Positions 29,423-39,590 of a stretch of DNA of 64,000 nt are shown piece after piece (positions within the stretch are counted from its first letter, which is position 1; each line of letters opens with the position of its first letter). The stretch spans positions 21,560-85,559 of IMG/VR virus record IMGVR_UViG_3300032116_000102; one strand, written 5' to 3'. The position numbers and the translations under genes were made by a program. The notes under the pieces are model-generated. The model did no database searches and had not been told where the DNA came from. It saw only the letters and a list, made by a program, of their open reading frames with translations. This DNA is from a virus.

Positions 29423-29707
29423 ATGTTCAAACTTCTATTCAAAGACATCATCGATGCCGTAATCAAATGGTGGAAACGCACCTGGTTTGAAGCCAAAATT
29501 AAAGCTAAATTGGATATGATCGAGCTTGAAAACCGTATTGAATCCGAATTAGAACGAGAAGAACAAAACAAGCCAATCTACAGAGAGCATCCGATTGATC
29601 CTGTACTCCAAGCCGGTGAATCCCAAAAGCTGGGTGGAGCCATGCAATTGACAGCGCCTTGGTATAAAGATGAACAGCAACAAGATCAGCAAACTGGAGA
29701 GTCGTAA
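29423..29707 (+). CDS. hypothetical protein
   Basis: 94-aa ORF. Confidence 0.5.
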   Translation: MFKLLFKDIIDAVIKWWKRTWFEAKIKAKLDMIELENRIESELEREEQNKPIYREHPIDPVLQAGESQKLGGAMQLTAPWYKDEQQQDQQTGES

Positions 29708-29904
29708 ACGTCACGCTTGGGATGTGGCGTGCCAGACCGTGGTGGTCACGAGAGAAGATGTGCTGCAGGTTTATGACCGGTTAATGAAACAATTTGACAC
29801 CATTGATCCGATTAATGAGTCTCATAAGACTCGCTAATTCCGGTAAAATTTAAGGACAGCGGTGCGTCAACACCCTGCCCACGGCAACCACTACCACTGG
29901 TTAC

Positions 29905-30393
29905 ATGCATAAACTAACTGATTTTAAGGTCTGTCGCAAAGGCTTGCATCAATACCCTTTAAACCTAAGGCAATGCCCTGAGTGTAGAAAAATAGCTAAA
30001 GAAAAATGGTACAAAAATAATAAAGAACTTTGTAAAACATTTAGAAAAACTTGGAACGAAAAAAATAAACAACAAAGAAACAAATTAAATCAAAAATGGA
30101 AGCAAAATAATAAAAATAAAATAAACGCAATAAATTCTAAACGTCGAGCAAACAAAAGAAAGGCTGTCCCTGCTTGGGCTGATTTAAAAGAAATATTTAA
30201 AATTTATCAAGAGGCTGTAGAGCTCACCAAAAAAACGGGTGTTAAGCATGAAGTTGATCACATATATCCGCTTCAAAATAAATATATGTGCGGTTTGCAC
30301 GTACAAGAGAACTTGCAAATTTTAACAAAGAAAGAAAATCTTGCAAAAGGTAATCGAACTTGGCCTGGGCAGCTTGATTGCCAAAGAGAATAG
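29905..30393 (+). CDS. HNH homing endonuclease
   Basis: HEVDHIYPL..CGLHVQENLQILTKKENLAKGN; AT-rich; flanked by a 15-bp direct repeat. Confidence 0.9.
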   Translation: MHKLTDFKVCRKGLHQYPLNLRQCPECRKIAKEKWYKNNKELCKTFRKTWNEKNKQQRNKLNQKWKQNNKNKINAINSKRRANKRKAVPAWADLKEIFKIYQEAVELTKKTGVKHEVDHIYPLQNKYMCGLHVQENLQILTKKENLAKGNRTWPGQLDCQRE

Positions 30394-30663
30394 TCTCATA
30401 AGACTCATAACTTAAGGATTGTTTTGAGAGTGCTTTGGTTTAGGCCGTCTAGGATAAGAAAACAGCGCAAAAACCACCATGAGCACCTACGTCATTGGCG
30501 TAGGCGAATGGATGCAGACCCTCTCAAGCCGCATGGAAACTGCGGTTGATGGGGATCTCTTTGTCCTTCCGTCTGCAATGCACCTTCACGCATACAACAT
30601 ATTGAAAGAAAGCCTTTTTTCAACTCAAGACTTTAAAGTAGAAGTTCGAATCGACAACCAGGC

Positions 30664-33291
30664 ATGACCAATACCAACCAGCAAGCCCTCAAGCCTGGCG
30701 AAATTAAGCTTGATTACATCCCGGTTGACTGGCCCTTGACTCCCTTGGGTCCAAATAAAGATCCGTATATTGCAGGCTGGCAAAACAAACCACTTAGCCC
30801 AAAAGAAATAGAAGATGAGATTCTGAGCGGACGTTGCAAGGCAATTGGTCTGCTCGGTGGTCCCGTCTACAACCATCCCTACGGTTTTGTCTGGGTTGAT
30901 GTTGACGGCCCTACCGTCTATCAACTCATCGAAGATCTCTCGGAACTTCCGTTTGAGCAGGCACTCCCCCCAACACTGACAATCCTCAGTGGAAAAGAGG
31001 GGCGTGAGCGTAAATTATACAAATTGTCACGAGATCAACACAAACAATTCGTACGAAATAAGTACACCTGGCACTCGGAGGGGCCAAAAGAAAAACTTGA
31101 GATCCTCTGGAAGCGGCACCAGGGTGTTCTCATGGGTCTGCACCCTGAAACCGAAGGGTATTTCACCGCTCCAGATCAAGGGTTTGAGTGGATCCAGCAG
31201 TTGCCTGAGTTTCCGGACTGGCTACTGAATGCCATCGTCCAGAAAAATGTCAAGCAGGGTGTTCCCGCCAAGGAAACGACACGCATCATCGGTCCTTCCT
31301 TTGCCATTAATGCTGAGATTTCCCTTGAGCGGGACATGCAGCTGGCCTTGGAAGCAATGTGGGGCATGCCACCAGAAGCAACTGATGATTACGACATCTG
31401 GATCACGGTTGGTCAGTCGCTTCATTCATTGGATGAATCACTGCTCGATCACTGGGATGAATGGTCCCGGCAATCGGATAAATATCAGGATGGTGAATGC
31501 CAACGGCGTTGGCTTTCCTTCTCAAAAGGTGGCGGTCGGGGTGTTGGATCTTTGGTGCACGTCGCCAAGGAGAACGGATGGAAGCCGTCTGAAAATCACA
31601 AGGCAATGAATGTGGACGATTCAATGCTTGATCATGTGTCCAAACTGTTAAACGAATTAGAAAAAGATTTGGGTATGACAAATACTGCAACCGTTCCCGA
31701 AGTAGACAGTGCACCCGTTAATCGGTGGGCTGCAACAAGTGCATACAAAGAAAAAGAAGGGAAAAAACAAAAGACTCGCAATCCATCGTCTGATGTCATT
31801 GCTGGAATCCTGCTTCAGGATTACAAAGGGAACCTGCGCTACAGCCAAGCTCATGACGCATTCTTCATGTATGAGTACCAGCGGAAGGGTCTTTGGTCTC
31901 AGCTGTCTGACTATGAGGTGAAGGGTGACATCAAAGGTCGGTTGGATGCCATCAAAGAAGGTCTTCTGCACAGCGGCTACTCCATGAATCTGATCTCTGA
32001 TTTGATGGAGCAATTGAGGATTTCAACTATTTTTGATGATTGGTATGAAAGCAATGATTATCTGCTCTTTACCAACGGAATCCTGAAAGTTGATACGCGA
32101 GAGTTGCTTCCTTTTGACAGGGAAATGCACATCACGCAACAGCTGCCTTACGAATACGATCCCTACGCCACATGTGAACCCATCATTAAATGGCTCAAGA
32201 GTACACAACATGACAGCTGGGGTCGGGTCCAGGTGCTGCGGGCTTGGTTGCGGGCAGTGCTGTTAAGTCACTCCGACATTCAAAAGTTTGTTGAGATTGT
32301 TGGTCCAGGTAAATCAGGGAAGTCCACCTACAGCAACCTTGCTCACGCACTGGTCGGTGATGACAACGCAATGATCTCCTCGCTAGAGCACCTGGAAAAG
32401 AACAGATTTGAAACATCAAACCTCTATAAGAAAAAGCTTCTGCTCTTTAATGATGTGGAGCGTTATGGCGGCTCGGTTTCAGTCCTTAAAGCGATCACCG
32501 GTCGTGACCTGATTCGTAATGAGCGTAAGTTCCAGGCCGGCAGCCAGAAACCATTCAAGTTCAATGGTCTGGTCATGATCACCGCCAACGAACCAATCCA
32601 AACAACTGACCCAACATCTGGTTTAGCGCGTCGTCGCCTCACCATTCCTTTTGACAAACCATTCACTGGTAGTTCTGCTGAGCAGCGCACGTTGATTGAT
32701 ATGGATGATCGTGGTCATCCCTTCGGTGAATTTGCTGCTTTGCTGCCAGGTCTTGTCAACTGGGTCTTGGATATGACTGAGGCAGAGATGCGGGAATACT
32801 TGATGGAGACCAATGACAAAGTTGACTTCTTCGCCAAGCATCACCGTGAACAGATCCTTAAATCCAACCAGATCCTTGATTGGATGCAGCATTGTGTTGT
32901 GTTTGATCCAGGTATTGCCACTCCTGTGGGCCTTGCAAAACACGCGCCAGGTGGTGTCTCCAACCTGTACATCAACTGGGACAAGTGGTTGTATGCCAGC
33001 TACTGCGAATTCTCACGTGGTTCAAACAGCAACATCCTTGGTCGCAGCCGGTTTGAATCCCTCTTGATGGACGTATGTGTGCATCAGCTCAAGCTGAATG
33101 TCTATCAATTTAAGAACAGTCGTGGCATGCGGGTTGTCAACATCGCATTGCGAGCATCCGGCCCTAAGTACGAGCAATATCCTTCCCTTGTGGAAGTGGG
33201 TCTGAACAAGGAAGAGTGGCGTGCGTTCTATGGGGACATCATTGACAAAGCATCTAATGCGACAATGGAAGAGGCTGCTGAAGAACTGTGA
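30664..33291 (+). CDS. primase-helicase (Prim-Pol, PriCT-2, D5-like SF3 helicase)
   Basis: WVDVDG; YDIWITVGQSLH..WDEWS; GPGKSGKST; MITANE; RRRLTIPF. Confidence 0.92.
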   Translation: MTNTNQQALKPGEIKLDYIPVDWPLTPLGPNKDPYIAGWQNKPLSPKEIEDEILSGRCKAIGLLGGPVYNHPYGFVWVDVDGPTVYQLIEDLSELPFEQALPPTLTILSGKEGRERKLYKLSRDQHKQFVRNKYTWHSEGPKEKLEILWKRHQGVLMGLHPETEGYFTAPDQGFEWIQQLPEFPDWLLNAIVQKNVKQGVPAKETTRIIGPSFAINAEISLERDMQLALEAMWGMPPEATDDYDIWITVGQSLHSLDESLLDHWDEWSRQSDKYQDGECQRRWLSFSKGGGRGVGSLVHVAKENGWKPSENHKAMNVDDSMLDHVSKLLNELEKDLGMTNTATVPEVDSAPVNRWAATSAYKEKEGKKQKTRNPSSDVIAGILLQDYKGNLRYSQAHDAFFMYEYQRKGLWSQLSDYEVKGDIKGRLDAIKEGLLHSGYSMNLISDLMEQLRISTIFDDWYESNDYLLFTNGILKVDTRELLPFDREMHITQQLPYEYDPYATCEPIIKWLKSTQHDSWGRVQVLRAWLRAVLLSHSDIQKFVEIVGPGKSGKSTYSNLAHALVGDDNAMISSLEHLEKNRFETSNLYKKKLLLFNDVERYGGSVSVLKAITGRDLIRNERKFQAGSQKPFKFNGLVMITANEPIQTTDPTSGLARRRLTIPFDKPFTGSSAEQRTLIDMDDRGHPFGEFAALLPGLVNWVLDMTEAEMREYLMETNDKVDFFAKHHREQILKSNQILDWMQHCVVFDPGIATPVGLAKHAPGGVSNLYINWDKWLYASYCEFSRGSNSNILGRSRFESLLMDVCVHQLKLNVYQFKNSRGMRVVNIALRASGPKYEQYPSLVEVGLNKEEWRAFYGDIIDKASNATMEEAAEEL

Positions 33292-33638
33292 GCAATGGGC
33301 GTCACCTGATCCTCGATCTCTACGATTGCGATAAGGATCTACTGGATAATTACGAAGAGCTAGAGCGGTTGCTCCAGGTGGCGCTCAACATGGCGGGTGC
33401 AAAGATTCTGCGGGTCTTTGGTGAGAAGTTTCAGCCGCAAGGCGTGACACTCTTGGCATTACTGGCGGAATCACATGCATCCATCCACACATGGCCCTGT
33501 GAAGGTTATTGTGCCATTGACCTTTATACCTGTGGTGATACAACCCATACCCATCGGGCTGCCGAATTCTTGAAGACGAAACTAAAAGCGAAGCAATCAG
33601 AGGAAAAAGAACTAGTGCGGTCTATAACTCCTCAATAA
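33288..33638 (+). CDS. speD: S-adenosylmethionine decarboxylase
   Basis: GRHLILDLYDC; FQPQGVT; LAESHASIHTWP; DLYTCG. Confidence 0.95.
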   Translation: MSNGRHLILDLYDCDKDLLDNYEELERLLQVALNMAGAKILRVFGEKFQPQGVTLLALLAESHASIHTWPCEGYCAIDLYTCGDTTHTHRAAEFLKTKLKAKQSEEKELVRSITPQ

Positions 33639-33671
33639 TTCGTATACTGTTTTCAGTCAATAAACAATTAA

Positions 33672-34943
33672 ATGACTGAAAATAAACCCAAGCTCCTATG
33701 GGTGGGTGACATTGTTGCCACCACTGGTTTTGCGCGTGTCACTGAAAACGTACTGAGCCGCTTGAAGGATCGGTATGAAATTCATGTATTGGGTTGCAAC
33801 TGGCACGGTGATTACACTCCGCTGCAGCAGGAGTACTTCATGTATCCAGCTGCAAACATGTACCAGAACCAACCGTTTGGTGAGGCACGGATTCGTGAAA
33901 TCACTGAACGAGTGCGGCCTGATGTGATCTTCACGATCAATGACTGCTGGATCATCAACAATCAGTGGAATCAAATTAAAGACCTAAAAGAAGATATTGG
34001 CTTTAAGTTTGTCGGCTACTACCCCATGGACTCCTATGGCTGGTATGGGTGTCTGACGGAGACCATGCATGAATGGGACGCAGCTGTTTGCTACACCAAA
34101 TTCGGTGCAGAAGAAACGTTGAGTTCTGGAGTGGACCGCCCCATCTGGGTCATTCCCCATGGCGTTACCGCTGGTCAGTTCTATCCCAAGGACAAGGCTG
34201 AGTGCCGGAAGGAACTGAACCTGGACCCCGATGATTTCATTGTGTTCAATGGGAACAGGAATCAATTCCGCAAACGCATCGATTTAACAATTTCCGCGTT
34301 TGCCAAATTTGCAGTTGATAAGCCTGACGCAAAGCTCTACCTGCATATGGGTCAAAAGGACCAGGGATGGGACATCATGCCTCTCTTCCACCGGGAGATG
34401 ACCCGTCAAGGGTTGGATCCCAATGGCCGCATCATCATGACGACGCCCACTCCGCACGGCCCATCGGTGCCAGTGGAACTGCTCAATACCATCTATAACG
34501 TTGCTGACGTTGGTATCAATACCTGCAAAGGTGAGGGCTGGGGTCTGGTCAACTTCGAGCATGCAGCCTGCCGCGTTGCTCAGGTGGTACCCGATCACAC
34601 CTCCTGTAAAGAAATCTTTGATGGCTGCGGTCCCCTCATTCGCAACATCCATGCCGATGTGGATACGAACTTCGGTCGGATCATGCCGTGTCCCGACGAC
34701 AACCATCTGGCCAGCATCCTGACAGATCTTTACGAAAACCGGGACAAGCTCGATGACGTGGCACAGAAGTGCTACGACCGCGTCACTGATTCTTGCTTCA
34801 ACTGGGACACCGTCGCATCTGACTTCAACGATGTGTTCCAAGAGGTGCTAACCCAGAAGGAGGAACCGCAGATCAAGACGAGCAAGCGGAAGAAGCCGCG
34901 CAAAGAAGCTGAGAATAAGGAGTTGGCTGAGGTGACTGCATGA
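33672..34943 (+). CDS. GT-B (family 4-like) glycosyltransferase
   Basis: TGFARV; NRNQFRKRID; GEGWGLVNFEHAAC. Confidence 0.85.
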   Translation: MTENKPKLLWVGDIVATTGFARVTENVLSRLKDRYEIHVLGCNWHGDYTPLQQEYFMYPAANMYQNQPFGEARIREITERVRPDVIFTINDCWIINNQWNQIKDLKEDIGFKFVGYYPMDSYGWYGCLTETMHEWDAAVCYTKFGAEETLSSGVDRPIWVIPHGVTAGQFYPKDKAECRKELNLDPDDFIVFNGNRNQFRKRIDLTISAFAKFAVDKPDAKLYLHMGQKDQGWDIMPLFHREMTRQGLDPNGRIIMTTPTPHGPSVPVELLNTIYNVADVGINTCKGEGWGLVNFEHAACRVAQVVPDHTSCKEIFDGCGPLIRNIHADVDTNFGRIMPCPDDNHLASILTDLYENRDKLDDVAQKCYDRVTDSCFNWDTVASDFNDVFQEVLTQKEEPQIKTSKRKKPRKEAENKELAEVTA

Positions 34944-35281
34944 CCTATGCGGAAGAGCGGCCTTGGGGGACGTTTGAAACGATCTCTTCGGGGCCGACGT
35001 ACAAAGTCAAACGAATCTCAGTTAAGCCTCAATCGAGACTGAGTCTTCAGAGGCACGAACATCGCTCGGAACACTGGGTGGTGGTAACAGGTACGGGTGT
35101 GATCACCGTGGAGGACGCGGAAATCCTCGCTTCCCCTGGTACGACTGCCTTTATCCCCGTTGGTGCCGTCCATCGTCTAGAGGCTGGGGACATAGAACTC
35201 GTGCTGATTGAGGTCCAGAGGGGTACCAAGCTGTACGAGGAGGACATCACCCGCCTTAGTGACGACTACGGCCGCAAATAG
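34940..35281 (+). CDS. type II mannose-6-phosphate isomerase-like cupin
   Basis: RPWG..VKRISVKP..LSLQRHEHRSEHWVVV..HRL..IEVQ.G..EEDITRLSDDYGR. Confidence 0.9.
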   Translation: MTYAEERPWGTFETISSGPTYKVKRISVKPQSRLSLQRHEHRSEHWVVVTGTGVITVEDAEILASPGTTAFIPVGAVHRLEAGDIELVLIEVQRGTKLYEEDITRLSDDYGRK

Positions 35282-35641
35282 GGGCTAAGGTGCCCCAGGA
35301 GACGATCCGGGTAGGGAGCTGTTGGACGCGGCTCCCTTTTTTATGCATTGGACACCCCTTTTTTTACGCATTGAATCTCATGTTGAGACTAGTGTGAGGT
35401 GCATGAGAACAGAGAATAGGACCCCGCCTACTCCCCCCCTAAGGCAAATGACACTATGGCAAACGGTGTAATGTTCAAAAGTTCGGAAAGAAAGCAAAGA
35501 GAAATAAAACACGTACACTTTGGTCAAGCGGCGTCATTTAACTGTATATAAAGAGTAAATTCCCCCATTCTTAGTTTTCTCTGCACACTTGACCTCCCTT
35601 GGCACTCCCATTACTATGTTTTTCAACCCCAACGCATCCAA

Positions 35642-35998
35642 ATGTCCCGCAACCACAAGGAAATGCCGCCCCTCTGGCGTGTCCAAGAGTTGCTCCGACT
35701 TTCGGATCAGTACCCCAGTGGCTTGGAGTGGCGCATCAAGAAGGCATGTAACCCCGCTGGGAGCCAGGCAGGCCGCCTCAACAAGGTCAGCGGCTATTAC
35801 ATGGTCTGTATTGATAACGTCGTCTACCTTGCGCACCGGGTGGTGTACTACTTACGTACTGGCACCGACCCAATCAACATGGACGTACTGCACGAAGAAT
35901 CCAATAAGTCCAAAGACAACCGAAAGTCCCTGGTCACCACCAACAAATACTCAAAAAAGAAACAACCTCACCCTGAGACTCAATTGATACAGCTGTAA
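35642..35998 (+). CDS. HNH-like protein, possibly degenerate
   Basis: GYYMV..YLAHRVVYYL..DVLH..DNR. Confidence 0.6.
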   Translation: MSRNHKEMPPLWRVQELLRLSDQYPSGLEWRIKKACNPAGSQAGRLNKVSGYYMVCIDNVVYLAHRVVYYLRTGTDPINMDVLHEESNKSKDNRKSLVTTNKYSKKKQPHPETQLIQL

Positions 35999-36003
35999 CT
36001 GCT

Positions 36004-36666
36004 ATGGCAAACCTCCATCGGTCCGAACGGAAGCTGTTTGAATCCGTTGCTTTCCGCTTCGTACCTGATATTGATAGTCTCAATGATGACGCACTTGAGA
36101 CGCACGGGTACTACCGAGGTTTCGTGTGTCCTCACAACCATGTGATCAGGGATATTGCTGAAAACTGGTGTTATCACTGCGTTCACAAGATCCAATCCAA
36201 CATCTGTGGCTTTGATATCAACTACCTCCATGTTGAATACAAGGCCAAATATCAGAAATTGTGGCAAAAAATCACGGTTGGCGGTCCAGATGACTGCTGG
36301 CCTATCGATGCACCTGGCCCCTACACACCCAAGCGTGTATGCATGCCCTCCTATCGCTCTGCCTACAGTCACCAAAAGTCTGAAAACCTAAGCTTCCATA
36401 AGGCGATCTACAACTGTGCCTGGGGGGATGTGGGGGGAATGGTGGTGACACGTCTGTGTGGGAATCCAAGATGTGGCAATCCTCTCCACATGGTCTCCAG
36501 TTGGAATAAACTCTTCCCGCCATCGGTCGTCCATCCCTTTGAGCTTGAGTTTCAAGCAGAAAAACTCATGGCATACGGCCATAACAAAGAACAACCTTTA
36601 GTCTTTAACCAGTCCTTTCGTAACACCATTACTTTCCCAGAGGGTATAGAAATACCAGACGAGTAG
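36004..36666 (+). CDS. His-Me finger-like protein
   Basis: DDCW..FHKAIY..CGNPRCGNPLHM. Confidence 0.55.
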   Translation: MANLHRSERKLFESVAFRFVPDIDSLNDDALETHGYYRGFVCPHNHVIRDIAENWCYHCVHKIQSNICGFDINYLHVEYKAKYQKLWQKITVGGPDDCWPIDAPGPYTPKRVCMPSYRSAYSHQKSENLSFHKAIYNCAWGDVGGMVVTRLCGNPRCGNPLHMVSSWNKLFPPSVVHPFELEFQAEKLMAYGHNKEQPLVFNQSFRNTITFPEGIEIPDE

Positions 36667-36694
36667 AATACATACAAAGGTTTACAAAATATAA

Positions 36695-37435
36695 ATGGCA
36701 CGTAATCAGGATGTTCAACGTCAAAGGACGCAGGACAATCCTTTAAGTATGGGTCAGTTCTCCCAACTTTCCCTGCGCAATTTAAAAGGAAGTCTTGGGC
36801 CTAAAAGCCAGGTTGTTGGTCGTAGGGATACAAACCAAAATTCCAATGGTGGTTATGGTGGCGGTGCGTACAATCACTGGTTTAGCTTTACGATCACATC
36901 AAAGGCTTGGATTATTGTTGCCAAGGGTGGTCCAAGGCCTAAGTACATCAACACATCAGTGTACGACCTGAACCTAACACCCATTGAAGGCAGGGGAATT
37001 TTTCAGGACGATAGTATTACGGTCGATATTAACGGCGAGGTTTACAACCCGTATGTCGGCCATGTCATGAACGCTCAATCAGATCTGTACAACCTGTTCA
37101 ATCCCAATCGTTTAGACAAGGGAGATGAACGGTACTATCCTTTGAACTCTGGGACGTATCTTTTGTGCGTCTCAACGACACGCAATGAACCACTTGATTA
37201 TGAGGTGGGGGTTGTCATTGAGTTTCCATCCGGTGACTTTGAGTTGCTACTGGAGGATTTTGCTTATATTCTGCTTGAGAACAATGATTTTATTGAGAAC
37301 GACCATACAGAATTCTACGAAGGCCAAGATGCCCACGACCACTCCTTAAGTGAATGGGAAGAAGCATGGCAACGTGAGCACCAGGCCGATGATCGGTTTC
37401 CAGCGTTTCTTGTACCCCTTGCCACTGTACCGTGA
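36695..37435 (+). CDS. hypothetical protein, possibly virion
   Basis: 246-aa ORF. Confidence 0.55.
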   Translation: MARNQDVQRQRTQDNPLSMGQFSQLSLRNLKGSLGPKSQVVGRRDTNQNSNGGYGGGAYNHWFSFTITSKAWIIVAKGGPRPKYINTSVYDLNLTPIEGRGIFQDDSITVDINGEVYNPYVGHVMNAQSDLYNLFNPNRLDKGDERYYPLNSGTYLLCVSTTRNEPLDYEVGVVIEFPSGDFELLLEDFAYILLENNDFIENDHTEFYEGQDAHDHSLSEWEEAWQREHQADDRFPAFLVPLATVP

Positions 37436-37569
37436 TCAAGTTCTACAACTGGTTTATCTGTAAGTTGTCCAGGCGTTTTCACCTTGGCACGCCAAGTCCA
37501 GCAAAAGCATTTGAGACATATTGCGATCGCAACCCTTGGGAACGTGCCTGCCGCATTTATGAAGATTAA
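37432..37569 (+). CDS. CP12-like peptide (C-terminal Cys pair only; not in ORF track)
   Basis: GTG start; ends FETYCDRNPWERACRIYED*. Confidence 0.7.
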   Translation: MIKFYNWFICKLSRRFHLGTPSPAKAFETYCDRNPWERACRIYED

Positions 37570-37621
37570 ATAAAATCTTTAGTACGCAGTCATAGAATAT
37601 AAACAGATCCGGAGATCAACC

Positions 37622-37786
37622 ATGCATGATTTTAATCGTTATCTAGAAGTAGCACTGGCTATTCATGCCGCATGTTCTGCTATTTGTGCTCTCACCCCAA
37701 CCCCCAAAGATGATGCTGCAGTTCGTAAGCTGTATCGTCTCATTGAAATCTGTGGCCTTGTGATTGGCCGCGCCAAGCAGCGTTAA
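37622..37786 (+). CDS. small holin-like membrane protein (not in ORF track)
   Basis: MHDFNRYLEVALAIHAACSAICALTPTPKDD..; near the endolysin. Confidence 0.55.
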   Translation: MHDFNRYLEVALAIHAACSAICALTPTPKDDAAVRKLYRLIEICGLVIGRAKQR

Positions 37787-37944
37787 TCAGGTAACGCCTG
37801 AAACCAGAAACAAACACCATTGTTTCGTTCAACCCAATCCCTTGTTGCGTACGCTTGCTCTTTGGGCAGTGTTACGCATTTTTTTTCAGTGCCAACTTCA
37901 TAACATACGTTGACGCGTATGTATGGCTCCTTGTATTTCTTCAT

Positions 37945-38967
37945 TTAATAATCCCATCTGACTCGAGGCTTTCCTTCTCTCATTCCCAAATGCAAGAACC
38001 CCTTTGGAGCGCCGTATCCAACTGAGTACGGCCAATTTTTATCGCACCAGGCTTGCACCTTATAGATATCGACTCCCTCAATGTAAAAATCTATCGCTCC
38101 TTTGGAGGGCGCATTGTAAGTGTGCTCGCTATTTTTTGCTCCTCCAACTTGTGTATTGATGGGTTCTGGACGTGATGCACTTGTAATGATTAACGGTTTA
38201 TTTCCAAATGCAGTTCTAACTTTCTCAAGAAATCGACAAAGCTCCAAGGCTGTATCGCATTGATACTGTTTACTGAAACGACGCGCCTCCTGGTTGAGTG
38301 TTAATTCTCCGTAAGTAATGTGAGGGGTGATCTTATATGTAAAAGGGCTCCAAGGATTAAACTTTGGTTTCTCAACTGGTTTAGGTGCTGGTTCAGCTGG
38401 TTTGTTTCCGGCAGTACCAAGCTGCCGATCCATGATCTGAATTAATTTTGTGCTGTATTCAGGATCGGTGGCGTATTTTTCCTTTACTAAAAACTGCGCA
38501 CACTCATTCCTTGTCTTTGCTCTATTAACACCTTGATATGTACTGAAGTCTTTATACCAACGATCTACAAGGTAGTAAATGCAGGTCTTGAGATCAGGAA
38601 AGTCAATGAACCCAGCTTTGATTGTGACCCATTGACCGTTAAGGAATTCCTGCGTATTGACGCTTGTGCCAGATCCTTTTAAACCAAATGCGTTCCAGGT
38701 ACCTGAGAAATGCTGACCCCAGCCTGATTCAAGTGCCCATTGTGCTGCAACAACTTCAGGGAATTTGGCTCCTGCTTCTTTTGCTGCTGCTTGAACACCG
38801 GCCCAATTATTTTCAATTTTAGGTTGCGGTTTAAGAGAAGCTCGGTATTTAGTAGCAAAAGACTCCAAAACCTCAGAAGAAATCTGAGACTGGAGCCAGT
38901 TCCAAGCATCAATCTGATGGTTTTCTTTTTTAAAAAATTCAGCAGCGTCTGTTAGTTTAATTGACAT
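37945..38967 (-). CDS. endolysin: GH73 glucosaminidase plus peptidase M15A
   Basis: AQWALESGWG..NAFGLKG..YATDP; ITSASR..N..VGGAKNSEH..AID..FLHLG. Confidence 0.85.
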   Translation of the reverse strand: MSIKLTDAAEFFKKENHQIDAWNWLQSQISSEVLESFATKYRASLKPQPKIENNWAGVQAAAKEAGAKFPEVVAAQWALESGWGQHFSGTWNAFGLKGSGTSVNTQEFLNGQWVTIKAGFIDFPDLKTCIYYLVDRWYKDFSTYQGVNRAKTRNECAQFLVKEKYATDPEYSTKLIQIMDRQLGTAGNKPAEPAPKPVEKPKFNPWSPFTYKITPHITYGELTLNQEARRFSKQYQCDTALELCRFLEKVRTAFGNKPLIITSASRPEPINTQVGGAKNSEHTYNAPSKGAIDFYIEGVDIYKVQAWCDKNWPYSVGYGAPKGFLHLGMREGKPRVRWDY

Positions 38968-39239
38968 ATCGCCCCAGGGTCTTTTATTGACTCTAGGTCA
39001 ACTTAATAGATTAAACAGAGGCACTACCTGCGTCTTCTTCTTGTGCTTGTTTCACTTCTGGGGGCTCTTCTGGATCAAACTCAAGTGTTTCAATAAGCTG
39101 ACCAATAAGATTGCCAGAAAAAACAATTAAATTTCGATCACTAGTAGAAGAAGCGGCACCAAAAGAATTGATGGCGCTAATCAACTCAGACTTTTTGCAA
39201 GCCATAGGGAACAAATAACTTCAAAAAGTATAACAAAAA

Positions 39240-39563
39240 TTACCAAGGTACGCCAGCTTCGGAAGTAGGGTTGATTTTTTGTTGGATCTGTTGGTACAAA
39301 GATTCCTGAATAGAAGTCACTTGATCAACACCTAAAACTTCAAATACCCAATTCAGTACCTCTTCTTTGGTCAGTTCACTAAAAGGGACAAATGTTGACG
39401 GATCAGGATCACCAAATCCCACGGAGCCATAAGCACTAGCAGACTCACCATCTTCTTCCAAAGATACGGTCCAATGTGCAGTATAGACAGCACCATCGGG
39501 ACAGGTGTCACCATCGGGAAGATGGCGCTCAAGTTGAGCAATATCCCAAGTTGCGTTAGCCAT
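39240..39563 (-). CDS. fibre-associated small protein
   Basis: WDIAQLER..FVPFSELTKEEVLNWV..GVPW. Confidence 0.6.
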   Translation of the reverse strand: MANATWDIAQLERHLPDGDTCPDGAVYTAHWTVSLEEDGESASAYGSVGFGDPDPSTFVPFSELTKEEVLNWVFEVLGVDQVTSIQESLYQQIQQKINPTSEAGVPW

Positions 39564-39590
39564 AACAAATGTTTTTTCTTATTCTAACAA

